Sequence record: SRR16203515_660
Length of the DNA: 43,848 nt
Reading direction: 5' to 3' (one strand)
Each line of letters begins with the position of its first letter. Within the stretch, counting starts at the first letter, position 1. Position numbers and translations under genes: made by a program. Positions 9,669 to 19,437 of the stretch are shown here, piece by piece. A model generated the notes under the pieces. It was not told the DNA's origin, ran no database searches, and saw nothing but the letters and a program-made list of their open reading frames with translations.

Positions 9669-10336
9669 GCCGTGTTCATGATATGGGCGGACGCTTTGGT
9701 GATGGTGCGATTGATCCAACTGAACCAGACGAGGTATTCCCACAGGACTGGCATGGACGCGCCCTCGCCCTAACGCTTGCCGCGGGGGGTTTGGGACAAT
9801 GGAATTTGGACATATCCCGCCACGCGCGGGAATGTTTATCGCCCCAGGATTACGCCCGCTTTGGCTATTACGAAAAATGGATTGCAGGTTTGACAGATTT
9901 GCTGGTCGACAATGGAGTTGTGACACAAGAGGAACTCAGTACACTAATCCCTGCTCCAAACAGCCGCCTGCAAGATCGGAAAATGTTGGCCGAATATGTC
10001 GCCAAGATATTGGCAAGTGGCGGACCCGCTGACCGTCCATCGGATATCCCTGCGCTGTTCACTATCGGACAACGGGTGAAAACGCGCGAGCATGGCAACA
10101 CCTTGATCGATGGTGGGCACACCCGCCTGCCCAGCTATGCCCGTGGGAAAACAGGATGGATCATTGCGCATCACGGCACACATGTTTTCCCAGACAGCAA
10201 TGCGCATCGTTTGGGCGAAGCCCCTGAACCGCTTTATTCCGTCGGATTTTATGCGCGTGATTTGTGGGACACTGAAGAAAATCCAGAGGATGAAGTGGTG
10301 TTGGATTTGTGGCAATCCTATTTGGACCCAGCCTGA
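9665..10336 (+). CDS. nthB: Nitrile hydratase beta subunit
   Basis: VHDMGG, YYEKW and [14 protein letters not shown] motifs; ATGA overlap with nthA. Confidence 0.96.
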   Translation: MSRVHDMGGRFGDGAIDPTEPDEVFPQDWHGRALALTLAAGGLGQWNLDISRHARECLSPQDYARFGYYEKWIAGLTDLLVDNGVVTQEELSTLIPAPNSRLQDRKMLAEYVAKILASGGPADRPSDIPALFTIGQRVKTREHGNTLIDGGHTRLPSYARGKTGWIIAHHGTHVFPDSNAHRLGEAPEPLYSVGFYARDLWDTEENPEDEVVLDLWQSYLDPA

Positions 10337-10656
10337 TGGATGATGCACCCTCACCCGTGTTTGAAGAACCTTGGCACGCCCAAGTGTTTGCAATCACCGT
10401 TGCCTTGAACGAGGCGGGTGTTTTTCAATGGACCGATTGGGCCAGCCGGTTTAGCGCCACGTTAAAGCAACAGGGACTTACCCGCGATTTGAATGGGGGA
10501 TCAGATTATTTTCATGCATGGATCGAAACGTTAGAAGATTTTCTAGCGGATCAAAAAATCGCCCTGCCCAATGATTTGCAGATTCTGAAATCTGCTTGGA
10601 AGCAGGCCTATTTGCAGACCCCTCATGGTCAGCCCGTGAAAATTCAACGCCCCTAA
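10336..10656 (+). CDS. Nitrile hydratase accessory/activator protein (P14K/NhlE-like)
   Basis: PVFEEPWHAQVFAITVAL and C-terminal TPHGQP; coupled to nthB (TGATG). Confidence 0.9.
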   Translation: MDDAPSPVFEEPWHAQVFAITVALNEAGVFQWTDWASRFSATLKQQGLTRDLNGGSDYFHAWIETLEDFLADQKIALPNDLQILKSAWKQAYLQTPHGQPVKIQRP

Positions 10657-10690
10657 CCCTTGTGTTTTGAAATAGGTGCGTCACTATTCA

Positions 10691-12661
10691 ATGATGAACT
10701 TTTGGTCCGCACTATATCGGCGCAAACGCTCGGTCAGGCTTCAACTGCTAGTGATGGCCTTGGTTCCATTGATGGTTCTATTACCCGTGCTGTTGGTCAT
10801 GGGTATTTCGCGGTGGAACAACGACTATAACAACCTATTGATCGCCAAAGTAGAAAGCGAGTTACAGGTTGCAGAACAATATCTGCAGCGGATTGTTGGG
10901 GCAACGGGTACCTCGGTTGAAGCATTGGCCGCATCCCTGGCCATTCAAAAGGCCGCAGAAAACGGGCAATTGAATGATTTTTTGACGTTGGAAAAGGATG
11001 CCTTGGGTCTGGATTTTTTGTCCATCGTCCAACCCACATCAATTGATGAGCATATGCAAAAATGGCCTGTGGTCCAATCGGCCCTGACGGGAACAGCACG
11101 CACCGCTGTTGATCTGTTTGAGGCTGAAGATCTGTTGATGATTGATGTGGCCCTAGCCGAACAAGCAGAACTGATCCTGATCCCGACAGAGGCCGCCGTT
11201 CCCACAAATAAGGTTGCAGAGACACGTGGGATGATGATCCACACCGCCGCACCTGTTTCAATCAATGGATCCCAGCGCGTTTTGATGGGTGGCATCCTTT
11301 TGAACCGAAATTTGGATTTTATCGATACGATCAACACATTGGTCTATCAGCGTAAAAATACCGCCGAAGACCCGCGCGGCACCGCGACACTGTTCCTTGA
11401 GGATGTGCGCATTTCAACGAACGTGCGCCTTTTTGAAAATGTCCGCGCCTTGGGCACCCGCGTGTCAGCAGAGGTACGCCGTGCCGTGTTAGATCAGGGG
11501 CAAACTTGGCTTGATCGGGCATTTGTTGTGAATGATTGGTATATCTCGGGATATTTGCCGATTTATGACAGCTTTGATCAGCGTATCGGGATGCTTTATG
11601 TTGGTTTTTTGGAAGAACCCTTTCGCCTTGTAAAACGCGATGCCATTGCGATGATGTGGATCGCGTTCATTGGTGTTCTGATTGTTTTTATTCCCGTATT
11701 TTTACGTTTGGCTGGGGGAATATTTTCACCGCTTGAACGTATGACAAAAACAATGCGGCGGGTCGAAACAGGCGATTTGACAGCGCGCAATAATTTGAAC
11801 CAATCCGGGGGCGAAATTGCGGAGGTGTCCCACCACCTAGATCACCTATTGGACCAGGTGCAAGAACGGGATAAACAATTGCGCGATTGGGCCGATGTTT
11901 TGAACGTGCGCGTTGAGGAGCGCACCGCGCAGTTGCAAGAGGCTAATCGAAAACTGGAAACGACATACAAACAATTGGTCATGTCAGAAAAACTTGCATC
12001 TATCGGTGAAATCACGGCGGGTGTGGCGCATGAAATCAACAACCCCGTTGCCGTCATTCAAGGCAATGTGGATGTTGTGCGGTTAACATTGGGGGAACAG
12101 GCAGAGCCCGTCAAAACAGAACTTGATTTGATCGACCGTCAAATCATGCGGATCGGCGGTATCGTCGGCAAATTGTTACAGTTCGCACGACCCAGCGATT
12201 ATGGAAAATTTGAAGAATACGTAAACCTACGCGATGTCACACAGGACAGTTTGGGACTGGTTGATCACGTCTATGCGTCCAACGATATTGACGTCAAATT
12301 AGAGTTTACCAATGTCCCAGATGTCAAAATAAACCCATCTGAACTGCAACAAGTGATCATTAATCTGATCATCAATGCGGTACAGGCGATGGATGGGAAA
12401 GGGATCCTAACGATCCAAAGCCATGTATTGGAACGTGATGGCAAAAACGGGGTTTGCCTTGCCTTTCACGATAGTGGACCTGGGATTTCCGAGGATACCA
12501 TCAACACTATTTTCGATCCGTTTTTCACGACCAAACGGGCAAAGGGAACAGGCCTTGGGCTATCAATTTCGCAAACCATCATTCAAACCGCTGGGGGTAT
12601 TATTACAGCGGACAATCACCCAAAGGGTGGTGCATTGATGTCAATTTGGTTGCCCACTTAA
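10691..12661 (+). CDS. Sensor histidine kinase (periplasmic Cache domain, HAMP, HisKA, HATPase)
   Basis: Two TM segments; AHEINNP H-box; NAVQAM, DSGPG and GTGLGL boxes. Start may be 10676-10694. Confidence 0.93.
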   Translation: MMNFWSALYRRKRSVRLQLLVMALVPLMVLLPVLLVMGISRWNNDYNNLLIAKVESELQVAEQYLQRIVGATGTSVEALAASLAIQKAAENGQLNDFLTLEKDALGLDFLSIVQPTSIDEHMQKWPVVQSALTGTARTAVDLFEAEDLLMIDVALAEQAELILIPTEAAVPTNKVAETRGMMIHTAAPVSINGSQRVLMGGILLNRNLDFIDTINTLVYQRKNTAEDPRGTATLFLEDVRISTNVRLFENVRALGTRVSAEVRRAVLDQGQTWLDRAFVVNDWYISGYLPIYDSFDQRIGMLYVGFLEEPFRLVKRDAIAMMWIAFIGVLIVFIPVFLRLAGGIFSPLERMTKTMRRVETGDLTARNNLNQSGGEIAEVSHHLDHLLDQVQERDKQLRDWADVLNVRVEERTAQLQEANRKLETTYKQLVMSEKLASIGEITAGVAHEINNPVAVIQGNVDVVRLTLGEQAEPVKTELDLIDRQIMRIGGIVGKLLQFARPSDYGKFEEYVNLRDVTQDSLGLVDHVYASNDIDVKLEFTNVPDVKINPSELQQVIINLIINAVQAMDGKGILTIQSHVLERDGKNGVCLAFHDSGPGISEDTINTIFDPFFTTKRAKGTGLGLSISQTIIQTAGGIITADNHPKGGALMSIWLPT

Positions 12662-12753
12662 ACTATTTTTCGCAAACGCAAACGCCCCTCGATAAGCATT
12701 CAAAGTAAGCTCAATAGAAAGCACAGCCTTCTTAACGACAGTGGACAGATGCT

Positions 12754-14127
12754 TTAGGTTTTTGGCGACAGGACATCATCGCCCCATTCCATCATTTTGC
12801 GATCAATCGTTTTGCGTGACACACCCAAACGCCGCGCCGTTTCTGCGCGGTTTCCGTTGCATCGGTCCAATGTGGTCAAAATATGCCGCTGCACCACCAA
12901 ATCCAAACTTTCGGCTGCGACGGCACCATCGGCCTGACCACCCCCCTGAAATTCGGGGGGAAAGGCGCCCAAAATGACAGAACGTTCGATCATGTTACGT
13001 AATTCACGCACATTGCCGGGCCAGTTATGACGCGTCAGATGCAACAATGTTTCATCATCCAATCGCAACGGTTGGCGACCAACATCGACAGAAAACTGGT
13101 TCATAAACATCGAGGCCAGTTCAAAAATATCTTCACGCCGTTCGCGAAGGGGCGGCATTTTCACACCCACAATATTCATTCGATGGAACAAGTCCCGACG
13201 AAATTTGCCATTTGCGACGGCTTGTTCCAAATCCATATTTGTTGCAAACATGAACCGCAAATCCAACGCTACATCACGTGCCGCACTGATGGGGCGCATT
13301 TTATAGTCCTCAAGCACCCGCAAAAGCATCGCTTGTATCGGGTCAGGCAATTCCGCGACCTCATCCAAAAACAGGACGCCCCCATCGGCCAGCTGCATCA
13401 GTCCCTCTTGGACCTCACCTGTTGGCCCAAGTTTGCCGAACAACTGATCTGCGCCATTCTCAGCACCAAGCGTTGCACAGTTCACCGCAACAAACGGTTT
13501 TGCGCGACGATCTGACATGGCGTGCAGCGTTCGCGCGGCAATTTCCTTGCCTGTTCCGCTTTCCCCTGTGAACAATACAGGGGTTTTCACACCCGCCAGT
13601 TTTTTCAACAAATCACTCACGCCCGCAATTGCAACGGATGTCCCCAGGAGGCGCGGATTATTCTGCTGTGTTTCTGCCGCCAATGCATAGCGCAGCAAAT
13701 CATTGTCACGGCGCAGGTATTTTTTATCCAACACACTTGCGATGGCATTCACGACCTGATTGGCGCGAAAGGGTTTAATCAAGAAATCCGCCACACCCGT
13801 GCGCAGAGCCAAAACCGCGGTTTCCACATCCGCATAGGCCGTCATCATGATCGCATCGGCAAACAGGCCCAATTTTCGCTGTTCCGACAACCAATCCAGC
13901 CCTGTTTGTTCGGGCATCAAATTATCGACCATCAGCAAATCAAAATGATGGATATCCATCAATGCACCCGCTTCTTTTGCCGAAGCGGCCTGCATGACAC
14001 GTTTGCAGTGTGGCTCAAGCACCTTAGTGATGAAATGGCGCATGCCCTCTTCATCATCAACCACGAGGATTGAGGCGTTTTTTAAACTGATGGTGTTTAA
14101 GCTCGAAGTGCGTTCTGCTGTCATCAC
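12754..14127 (-). CDS. NtrC-family response regulator (REC, AAA+, Fis HTH) lacking GAFTGA
   Basis: VDDE...DNLMP receiver; GESGTGKE Walker A; FLDE; WPGNVRELRN; TARRLGVSRKTIDRK HTH. Confidence 0.93.
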   Translation of the reverse strand: MMTAERTSSLNTISLKNASILVVDDEEGMRHFITKVLEPHCKRVMQAASAKEAGALMDIHHFDLLMVDNLMPEQTGLDWLSEQRKLGLFADAIMMTAYADVETAVLALRTGVADFLIKPFRANQVVNAIASVLDKKYLRRDNDLLRYALAAETQQNNPRLLGTSVAIAGVSDLLKKLAGVKTPVLFTGESGTGKEIAARTLHAMSDRRAKPFVAVNCATLGAENGADQLFGKLGPTGEVQEGLMQLADGGVLFLDEVAELPDPIQAMLLRVLEDYKMRPISAARDVALDLRFMFATNMDLEQAVANGKFRRDLFHRMNIVGVKMPPLRERREDIFELASMFMNQFSVDVGRQPLRLDDETLLHLTRHNWPGNVRELRNMIERSVILGAFPPEFQGGGQADGAVAAESLDLVVQRHILTTLDRCNGNRAETARRLGVSRKTIDRKMMEWGDDVLSPKT

Positions 14128-14138
14128 GGTGGTAGGTT

Positions 14139-14267
14139 TTATTCCATTCTGACGGCTTGTCCAGAATACTTTGCTCCCGAACTAAAATCCGCGACTTCGG
14201 TTAATCCGAAATATGCAGCATAGGCAATCGCAAATACCGCAAAAAATCCAAGAAACATTGCTTTCAT
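14139..14267 (-). CDS. Unannotated 42-aa small membrane protein
   Basis: MKAMFLGFFAVFAIAYAAYFGLTEVADFSSGAKYSGQAVRME; GGGGA RBS; fills the gap between FDH gamma and the regulator on the same strand. Confidence 0.7.
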   Translation of the reverse strand: MKAMFLGFFAVFAIAYAAYFGLTEVADFSSGAKYSGQAVRME

Positions 14268-14320
14268 ATCATGTCCCCATGTACTGTGTACCTGCCCCGT
14301 TTTCATGGGACAGGACTAGG

Positions 14321-15499
14321 TTATTCAGCAGGTTGTGAATTGGTTTGTTTTGCTTTGACTTCTTCATACCACAGCGAATGGTGCTGTCGTGCCCATTCTT
14401 CGTCGACTTCGCCGCTGCCCATTGCATCATAGGCCCCTTCCATACCCAATGTTCCGATGTAGATATGCGCCATGATCATGGCCATCATTACGAAGGCGAC
14501 AATCGCATGCCATGCTTGGGCAAATTGCATTTCCTCTTGTGGGGACATTTCAGTGGCCAGCGTTTCAAAACCCAAGGCTTCGGGCAAACCAATATTGTTC
14601 AGGATTGCAAATGTTTTTGCAAACATCGGCATTTCAAATGGGAACGTCAAAGACAGCCCAGAGGCCGAAACAGATGCACCAAGGACAATCACACCCCAAA
14701 AGATAATCTTTTGTCCAAAGTTAAATTTTTTCGCAGGTGGGTGCGATTTTGTGAAAATCCCGCCGCCCTGTTTGATCCAAATCCAATCGGTACGGTTGGG
14801 GATATTGTGAGCCACCCACATAACAAACACCATGATCAGTGCCAACATAAAGGCCCATGAAACATTGTTGTGGATCCATTTCGACGCAATCAGCAAGGTT
14901 GAATTCAACTCTTTGCCAAAATAGGGCGCCAAAACGACGCGGCCAAACAGGGTCAATAGCCCCGTAATACCAAGCAAAATAAATGATCCTGCTAGGACCC
15001 AGTGGCCAAAACGTTCAACCGCCTTGAACCGTGTGATTGTGCTGCCCGCAGGACCGCCATCGATGCGGATACGCCCGCGCGCAATATAAAACACGCCCAG
15101 CGACATCAGTGTGACAAGTAGCAATCCACCACCGTATTGGCGTAAGGGACCTTCGCGGAATTCATACCACGGCATGCCACCACTTTGGATCATGACGTTG
15201 CCAACAACACCGCTTCCAGAGGCCGAATTGTCAGACGCATTATACCGTATCGCGCGCCATAGTTCGGATTGAGATACACCCCCAAGGGTTCCCAGTTGAT
15301 CCGCAATATCCTTGGCCTGAGTTGGATTACCCAAGGCACCGCTGCGGAAACTATCATCAATCTTTTGGCCAGCTTGGCGGGCCATGATATCTTCTAACGT
15401 TTGTGCGCCACCTGTTGAGCTGCGCTCTACATCCATGTTTTGTGCAGCCACTGGGCCACACAGCAATAGTACCATCAATAAGCAATGCAAAACACGCAT
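14321..15499 (-). CDS. Formate dehydrogenase gamma subunit (cytochrome b) with periplasmic N-terminal extension
   Basis: RFKAVERFGHW, KWIHN, KFNFGQK, AWHAIV and AHIY heme-b histidines; GEVDEEWARQHH; N-terminal signal peptide. Confidence 0.93.
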   Translation of the reverse strand: MRVLHCLLMVLLLCGPVAAQNMDVERSSTGGAQTLEDIMARQAGQKIDDSFRSGALGNPTQAKDIADQLGTLGGVSQSELWRAIRYNASDNSASGSGVVGNVMIQSGGMPWYEFREGPLRQYGGGLLLVTLMSLGVFYIARGRIRIDGGPAGSTITRFKAVERFGHWVLAGSFILLGITGLLTLFGRVVLAPYFGKELNSTLLIASKWIHNNVSWAFMLALIMVFVMWVAHNIPNRTDWIWIKQGGGIFTKSHPPAKKFNFGQKIIFWGVIVLGASVSASGLSLTFPFEMPMFAKTFAILNNIGLPEALGFETLATEMSPQEEMQFAQAWHAIVAFVMMAMIMAHIYIGTLGMEGAYDAMGSGEVDEEWARQHHSLWYEEVKAKQTNSQPAE

Positions 15500-15554
15500 G
15501 TTTCCCTCGCTCTTCGCTTTTTGCGAAGCTGAATTGTGAAAAGAAGAACGTTAC

Positions 15555-15582
15555 AAAAGCGGCAGGGAGTACCCGCCGCTTT
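15555..15582 (-). terminator. Intra-operon terminator-like hairpin between FDH beta and gamma
   Basis: Minus strand AAAGCGGC-GGG-TACT-CCC-T-GCCGCTTTT. Confidence 0.55.
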
Positions 15583-15595
15583 CGCATTTGGCAGA

Positions 15596-16189
15596 TTAAC
15601 CGCCTTTTTGTTCATAGGCTGTACCCCAGCCCCAAGCACCAGAGCCGAAACCACGTGCAACAACGCGCTCGCGATAGACCGAAGCGACAACATCCCCATC
15701 CCCGGCGAGAAGTGCTTTGGTAGAGCACATTTCAGCACAGATTGGCAATTTGCCTTCAGCAATACGGTTGCGACCGTATTTTGCAAATTCCGCTGTTGAG
15801 TGGTTTTCTTCTGGGCCGCCTGCACAAAATGTACATTTGTCCATTTTGCCACGGCTGCCAAAGTTGCCTGCTTGTGGGAACTGTGGTGCGCCAAATGGAC
15901 AAGCATAGAAGCAATATCCACAGCCAATACACAGATCCTTTGAGTGCAATACCACACCGTCATCGGTCTGATAGAAGCAATCTACAGGACAAACAGCCAT
16001 ACATGGCGCATCAGAACAATGCATACATGCAACCGAGATCGACCGTTCGCCTGGATCACCATCATTGATGGTTACCACGCGGCGGCGGTTAATCCCCCAC
16101 GGCACTTCATGCTCGTTCTTACAGGCAGTGACACAGGCGTTGCATTCAATACAACGCTCAGCGTCACAGAGAAACTTTGCTCTTGCCAT
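15596..16189 (-). CDS. Formate dehydrogenase beta subunit (4x[4Fe-4S], FDH3-type)
   Basis: CIECNAC, CMHCSDAPC, CIGCGYC and KCTFC motifs; directly downstream of the alpha subunit. Confidence 0.96.
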   Translation of the reverse strand: MARAKFLCDAERCIECNACVTACKNEHEVPWGINRRRVVTINDGDPGERSISVACMHCSDAPCMAVCPVDCFYQTDDGVVLHSKDLCIGCGYCFYACPFGAPQFPQAGNFGSRGKMDKCTFCAGGPEENHSTAEFAKYGRNRIAEGKLPICAEMCSTKALLAGDGDVVASVYRERVVARGFGSGAWGWGTAYEQKGG

Positions 16190-16201
16190 TTCTCTTACTC
16201 C

Positions 16202-19096
16202 TTATGCTGACCAGATTTTGCAAAGAGTCGCTTTGGTCTCTTGCATCTGAGTGACTGAGTCATAGCCGTAGGTTTGCGCCGTGTTGCATGATTCACCCAA
16301 CACATATGGATCCGCACCATCTGGATACTTATCTCGCAAATCTTGGCCTTCGAAGTGTCCGCCAAAGTGGAATGGCATAAACGCCACGCCTTCGCCCACA
16401 CGGTTGGTCAACATTGCCTTGACCTTGACCTTTGCTCCTTCCGGACCTTCGACCCAGACCTGTGCCCCATCGCGCACGCCAAGGTTATTGGCATCACGTG
16501 GGTTGATCTCGACGAACATGTCCTGCTGAAGTTCAGCCAACCATGGGTTTGAACGTGTTTCATCCCCACCACCTTCGTATTCAACCAGACGACCGGATGT
16601 CAGGATCATTGGATAATCCTTACTGAAATCCTGTTTCTGGATTGAAGCGTACATGGTTGGAAGACGATAGAACTTACGGTCTTCGTAAGTTGGATAGTCC
16701 TCGACCAAGTCACGACGGTTGGTGTAAAGCGGTTCACGGTGAAGCGGTACAGGGTCTGGGAAGGTCCAAACAACAGCACGTGCTTTGGCGTTACCAAACG
16801 GAGAGCAACCATGCTTGATCGCGACACGCTGAATACCGCCAGATAAGTCGGTTTTCCAGTTTGTCTTTGGACCAGCAACTGCGTCGATCGCGGCGCGTTC
16901 GTCGTCAGTTAGATCGCCATCCCATCCCAGATCCATCAACATTTGCATTGTGAATTCGGGATAACCGTCCTGAATTTCCGCACCTGGGTTTGACACACCT
17001 TCTGCCAACAGATTGTCGCCATCGCGTTCCACACCGAAACGGGCACGGAAGCTTAGGCCGCCTTCTGCGACAGGTTTTGACATATCATACAGGTTTGGTG
17101 TTCCTGGATGGTTCATTTCGGCAGTGCCCCAACAAGGCCACGGCATACCATAGTAGTCGCCGTCACATGGACCCCCAATCGCCTGAAGCGTTGTGCGGTC
17201 AAATGTGTGTTGGTTTGCCATGTGCTTTTTGATCCGCTCAGGGCTTTGACCAGTGTAGCCAATCGTCCAAAGACCACCGTTTAATTCGCGGGTGATGCTT
17301 TCGATGTTTGGTGTCACATCATCGTCCATTTCATAGTTACGGAACAAGCGATCCGCCCAACCAAATTTGGTTGCAAGAAGACCCATGATTTCATGGTCAG
17401 TCTTTGACTCGAACAGTGGGTCGACAACTTTGTCACGCCATTGGATTGAACGGTTTGACGCAGTCACAGAACCATATGTTTCGAATTGTGTACATGCAGG
17501 CAACAAATAGCAGCCATCTGTACGGTCATGCAAAACCGCTGACACAGTTGGATATGGGTCAATGACAACTAGCATATCAAGCTGTTCCATCGCCGTTTTC
17601 ATTTCCTTCATCCGTGTTTGCGAGTTCGGAGCATGACCCCAAAGAACCATCGCACGCACCTTATCAGGGTTATCCATGTTGGCTGGATCTTTTAGAATAC
17701 CATCGATCCAACGTGACACTGGAATACCAGTTAGGTTCATAAGGTTCTTATCTTTGCCATCCGCATTTTTGACAGTTGCGAATTGACCTTTTAGCCAATC
17801 AAGGTCTTCGTTCCAAACACGTGACCAATGCGCCCATGCACCCGCTGATAGACCATAATAGCCCGGCAATGTGTGCGATAGAACGCCAAGGTCAGTTGCG
17901 CCTTGAACGTTGTCGTGACCGCGGAAAATGTTGGTACCACCACCGGTCGTGCCCATGTTCCCCAACGCAAGTTGAAGCACACAGTATGCACGTGTGTTGT
18001 TGTTACCATTGGTGTGCTGGGTCCCACCCATACACCAAATCACTGTCCCGGGACGGTTGTTTGCCAATGTGCGTGCAACACGCTCAAGTTGGCGACCGGG
18101 TGTACCAGTGACACGTTCCACTTCCTCTGGTGTCCATTTGGCCACTTCTTCACGGATTTGATCCATACCCCAAACGCGTGTGCGAATGAATTCTTTGTCT
18201 TCCCATCCGTTTTCAAAGATATGCCACAAGATACCCCAAACCAATGCAACATCAGTACCGGGACGGAAACGGACATATTCATCCGCATGCGCCGCAGTCC
18301 GCGTAAAGCGTGGATCACAAACGATCAGTGGTGCGTTGTTCTGTTCCTTTGCTTTCATCACGTGAAGCAATGAGACAGGGTGCGCCTCGGCAGGGTTACC
18401 ACCGATGATGAAGATCGCCTTAGAATTGTGGATATCGTTGTAGCTGTTTGTCATGGCGCCGTAGCCCCACGTATTGGCCACACCCGCAACCGTTGTTGAG
18501 TGACAAATACGCGCCTGGTGATCGACGTTATTTGTACCCCAATATGCTGCGAATTTACGGAACAAGTAGGCTTGTTCGTTATTATGCTTTGCAGAGCCCA
18601 GCCAATAGACTGAATCTGGTCCGCTTTCTTGCCGGATTTGCATCATGCCGCCGCCGATTTCATCAATCGCCTGTTCCCAGCTAATGCGTTTCCATTCACC
18701 GCCCTCTTTTTTCATAGGGTATTTTAAGCGGCGTTCGCCATGCGCGTGTTCACGCACGGCTGCACCTTTGGCGCAATGCGCACCAAGGTTAAATGGGCTG
18801 TCCCATCCAGGCTCTTGGCCTGTCCAGACACCGTCTTGCACTTCGGCAATGACAGTACAGCCAACTGAGCAGTGTGTGCAGACTGACTTGACAGTTTCTA
18901 CAGCGGCATTCGCAGCCGTTGCAGCCGTGGCTTGTGTCACAGTTCCCCCAGTCGCAGCGATCGCGGTTAAACCGCCAATCGCCAAACCAGACCCGCGTAA
19001 AAATGCGCGGCGATCAACCGTGGTTTGGGCCACATCTGTCAGGATACTTGTCCGCTGGGGGCGTCTCGCAACCCCATTGGTCTTTTTCCTTAGCAT
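16202..19096 (-). CDS. fdhA: Formate dehydrogenase alpha subunit (Mo/W-bis-PGD, Tat-exported, Cys ligand)
   Basis: Tat motif DRRAFL; CTHCSVGC...CAKG Fe-S motif; NNVDHQARICHST active site; RGHDNVQG; GGGAGG RBS before ATG 19096. Confidence 0.97.
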   Translation of the reverse strand: MLRKKTNGVARRPQRTSILTDVAQTTVDRRAFLRGSGLAIGGLTAIAATGGTVTQATAATAANAAVETVKSVCTHCSVGCTVIAEVQDGVWTGQEPGWDSPFNLGAHCAKGAAVREHAHGERRLKYPMKKEGGEWKRISWEQAIDEIGGGMMQIRQESGPDSVYWLGSAKHNNEQAYLFRKFAAYWGTNNVDHQARICHSTTVAGVANTWGYGAMTNSYNDIHNSKAIFIIGGNPAEAHPVSLLHVMKAKEQNNAPLIVCDPRFTRTAAHADEYVRFRPGTDVALVWGILWHIFENGWEDKEFIRTRVWGMDQIREEVAKWTPEEVERVTGTPGRQLERVARTLANNRPGTVIWCMGGTQHTNGNNNTRAYCVLQLALGNMGTTGGGTNIFRGHDNVQGATDLGVLSHTLPGYYGLSAGAWAHWSRVWNEDLDWLKGQFATVKNADGKDKNLMNLTGIPVSRWIDGILKDPANMDNPDKVRAMVLWGHAPNSQTRMKEMKTAMEQLDMLVVIDPYPTVSAVLHDRTDGCYLLPACTQFETYGSVTASNRSIQWRDKVVDPLFESKTDHEIMGLLATKFGWADRLFRNYEMDDDVTPNIESITRELNGGLWTIGYTGQSPERIKKHMANQHTFDRTTLQAIGGPCDGDYYGMPWPCWGTAEMNHPGTPNLYDMSKPVAEGGLSFRARFGVERDGDNLLAEGVSNPGAEIQDGYPEFTMQMLMDLGWDGDLTDDERAAIDAVAGPKTNWKTDLSGGIQRVAIKHGCSPFGNAKARAVVWTFPDPVPLHREPLYTNRRDLVEDYPTYEDRKFYRLPTMYASIQKQDFSKDYPMILTSGRLVEYEGGGDETRSNPWLAELQQDMFVEINPRDANNLGVRDGAQVWVEGPEGAKVKVKAMLTNRVGEGVAFMPFHFGGHFEGQDLRDKYPDGADPYVLGESCNTAQTYGYDSVTQMQETKATLCKIWSA

Positions 19097-19192
19097 TGTT
19101 TCCTCCCATCCGGGTTTCCCCGAAAGATTACGAAAAACCACAAGCAGTCGGGCGTCACGCAACCAGTCGCTTATGGCGGCTTCTCAACCCGA

Positions 19193-19384
19193 TTAGAACC
19201 GGAGCGAGTCTAGGTAAGCACGTGTGTGCACAGTGTCCTGCATGACGGATGACGACAAATCAGGCTCCTGCGCTTGTGCGGTTGTTGCTGATGTTGCCAT
19301 TGCGACCGCGGCAAGCGGTGCGCCGGTTCCAGCCAGCTTTAGAAAATCCCGCCGAGATTTCTCGAGCTCGGTTTTCTGTGTCAT
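19193..19384 (-). CDS. Small twin-arginine signal protein of FDH clusters
   Basis: SRRDFLK Tat motif and C-terminal DTVHTRAYLDSLRF; GGAGGA RBS. Confidence 0.85.
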   Translation of the reverse strand: MTQKTELEKSRRDFLKLAGTGAPLAAVAMATSATTAQAQEPDLSSSVMQDTVHTRAYLDSLRF

Positions 19385-19437
19385 GAGAGTCCTCCTCTCT
19401 TGCGGTTAAGATGGCCGAAGCCATCGGGATTTGCGGA

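Noticed and set aside
16202-19096. Selenocysteine FDH
   Set aside because: The active site reads ARICH with a Cys codon and the ORF has no in-frame TGA.
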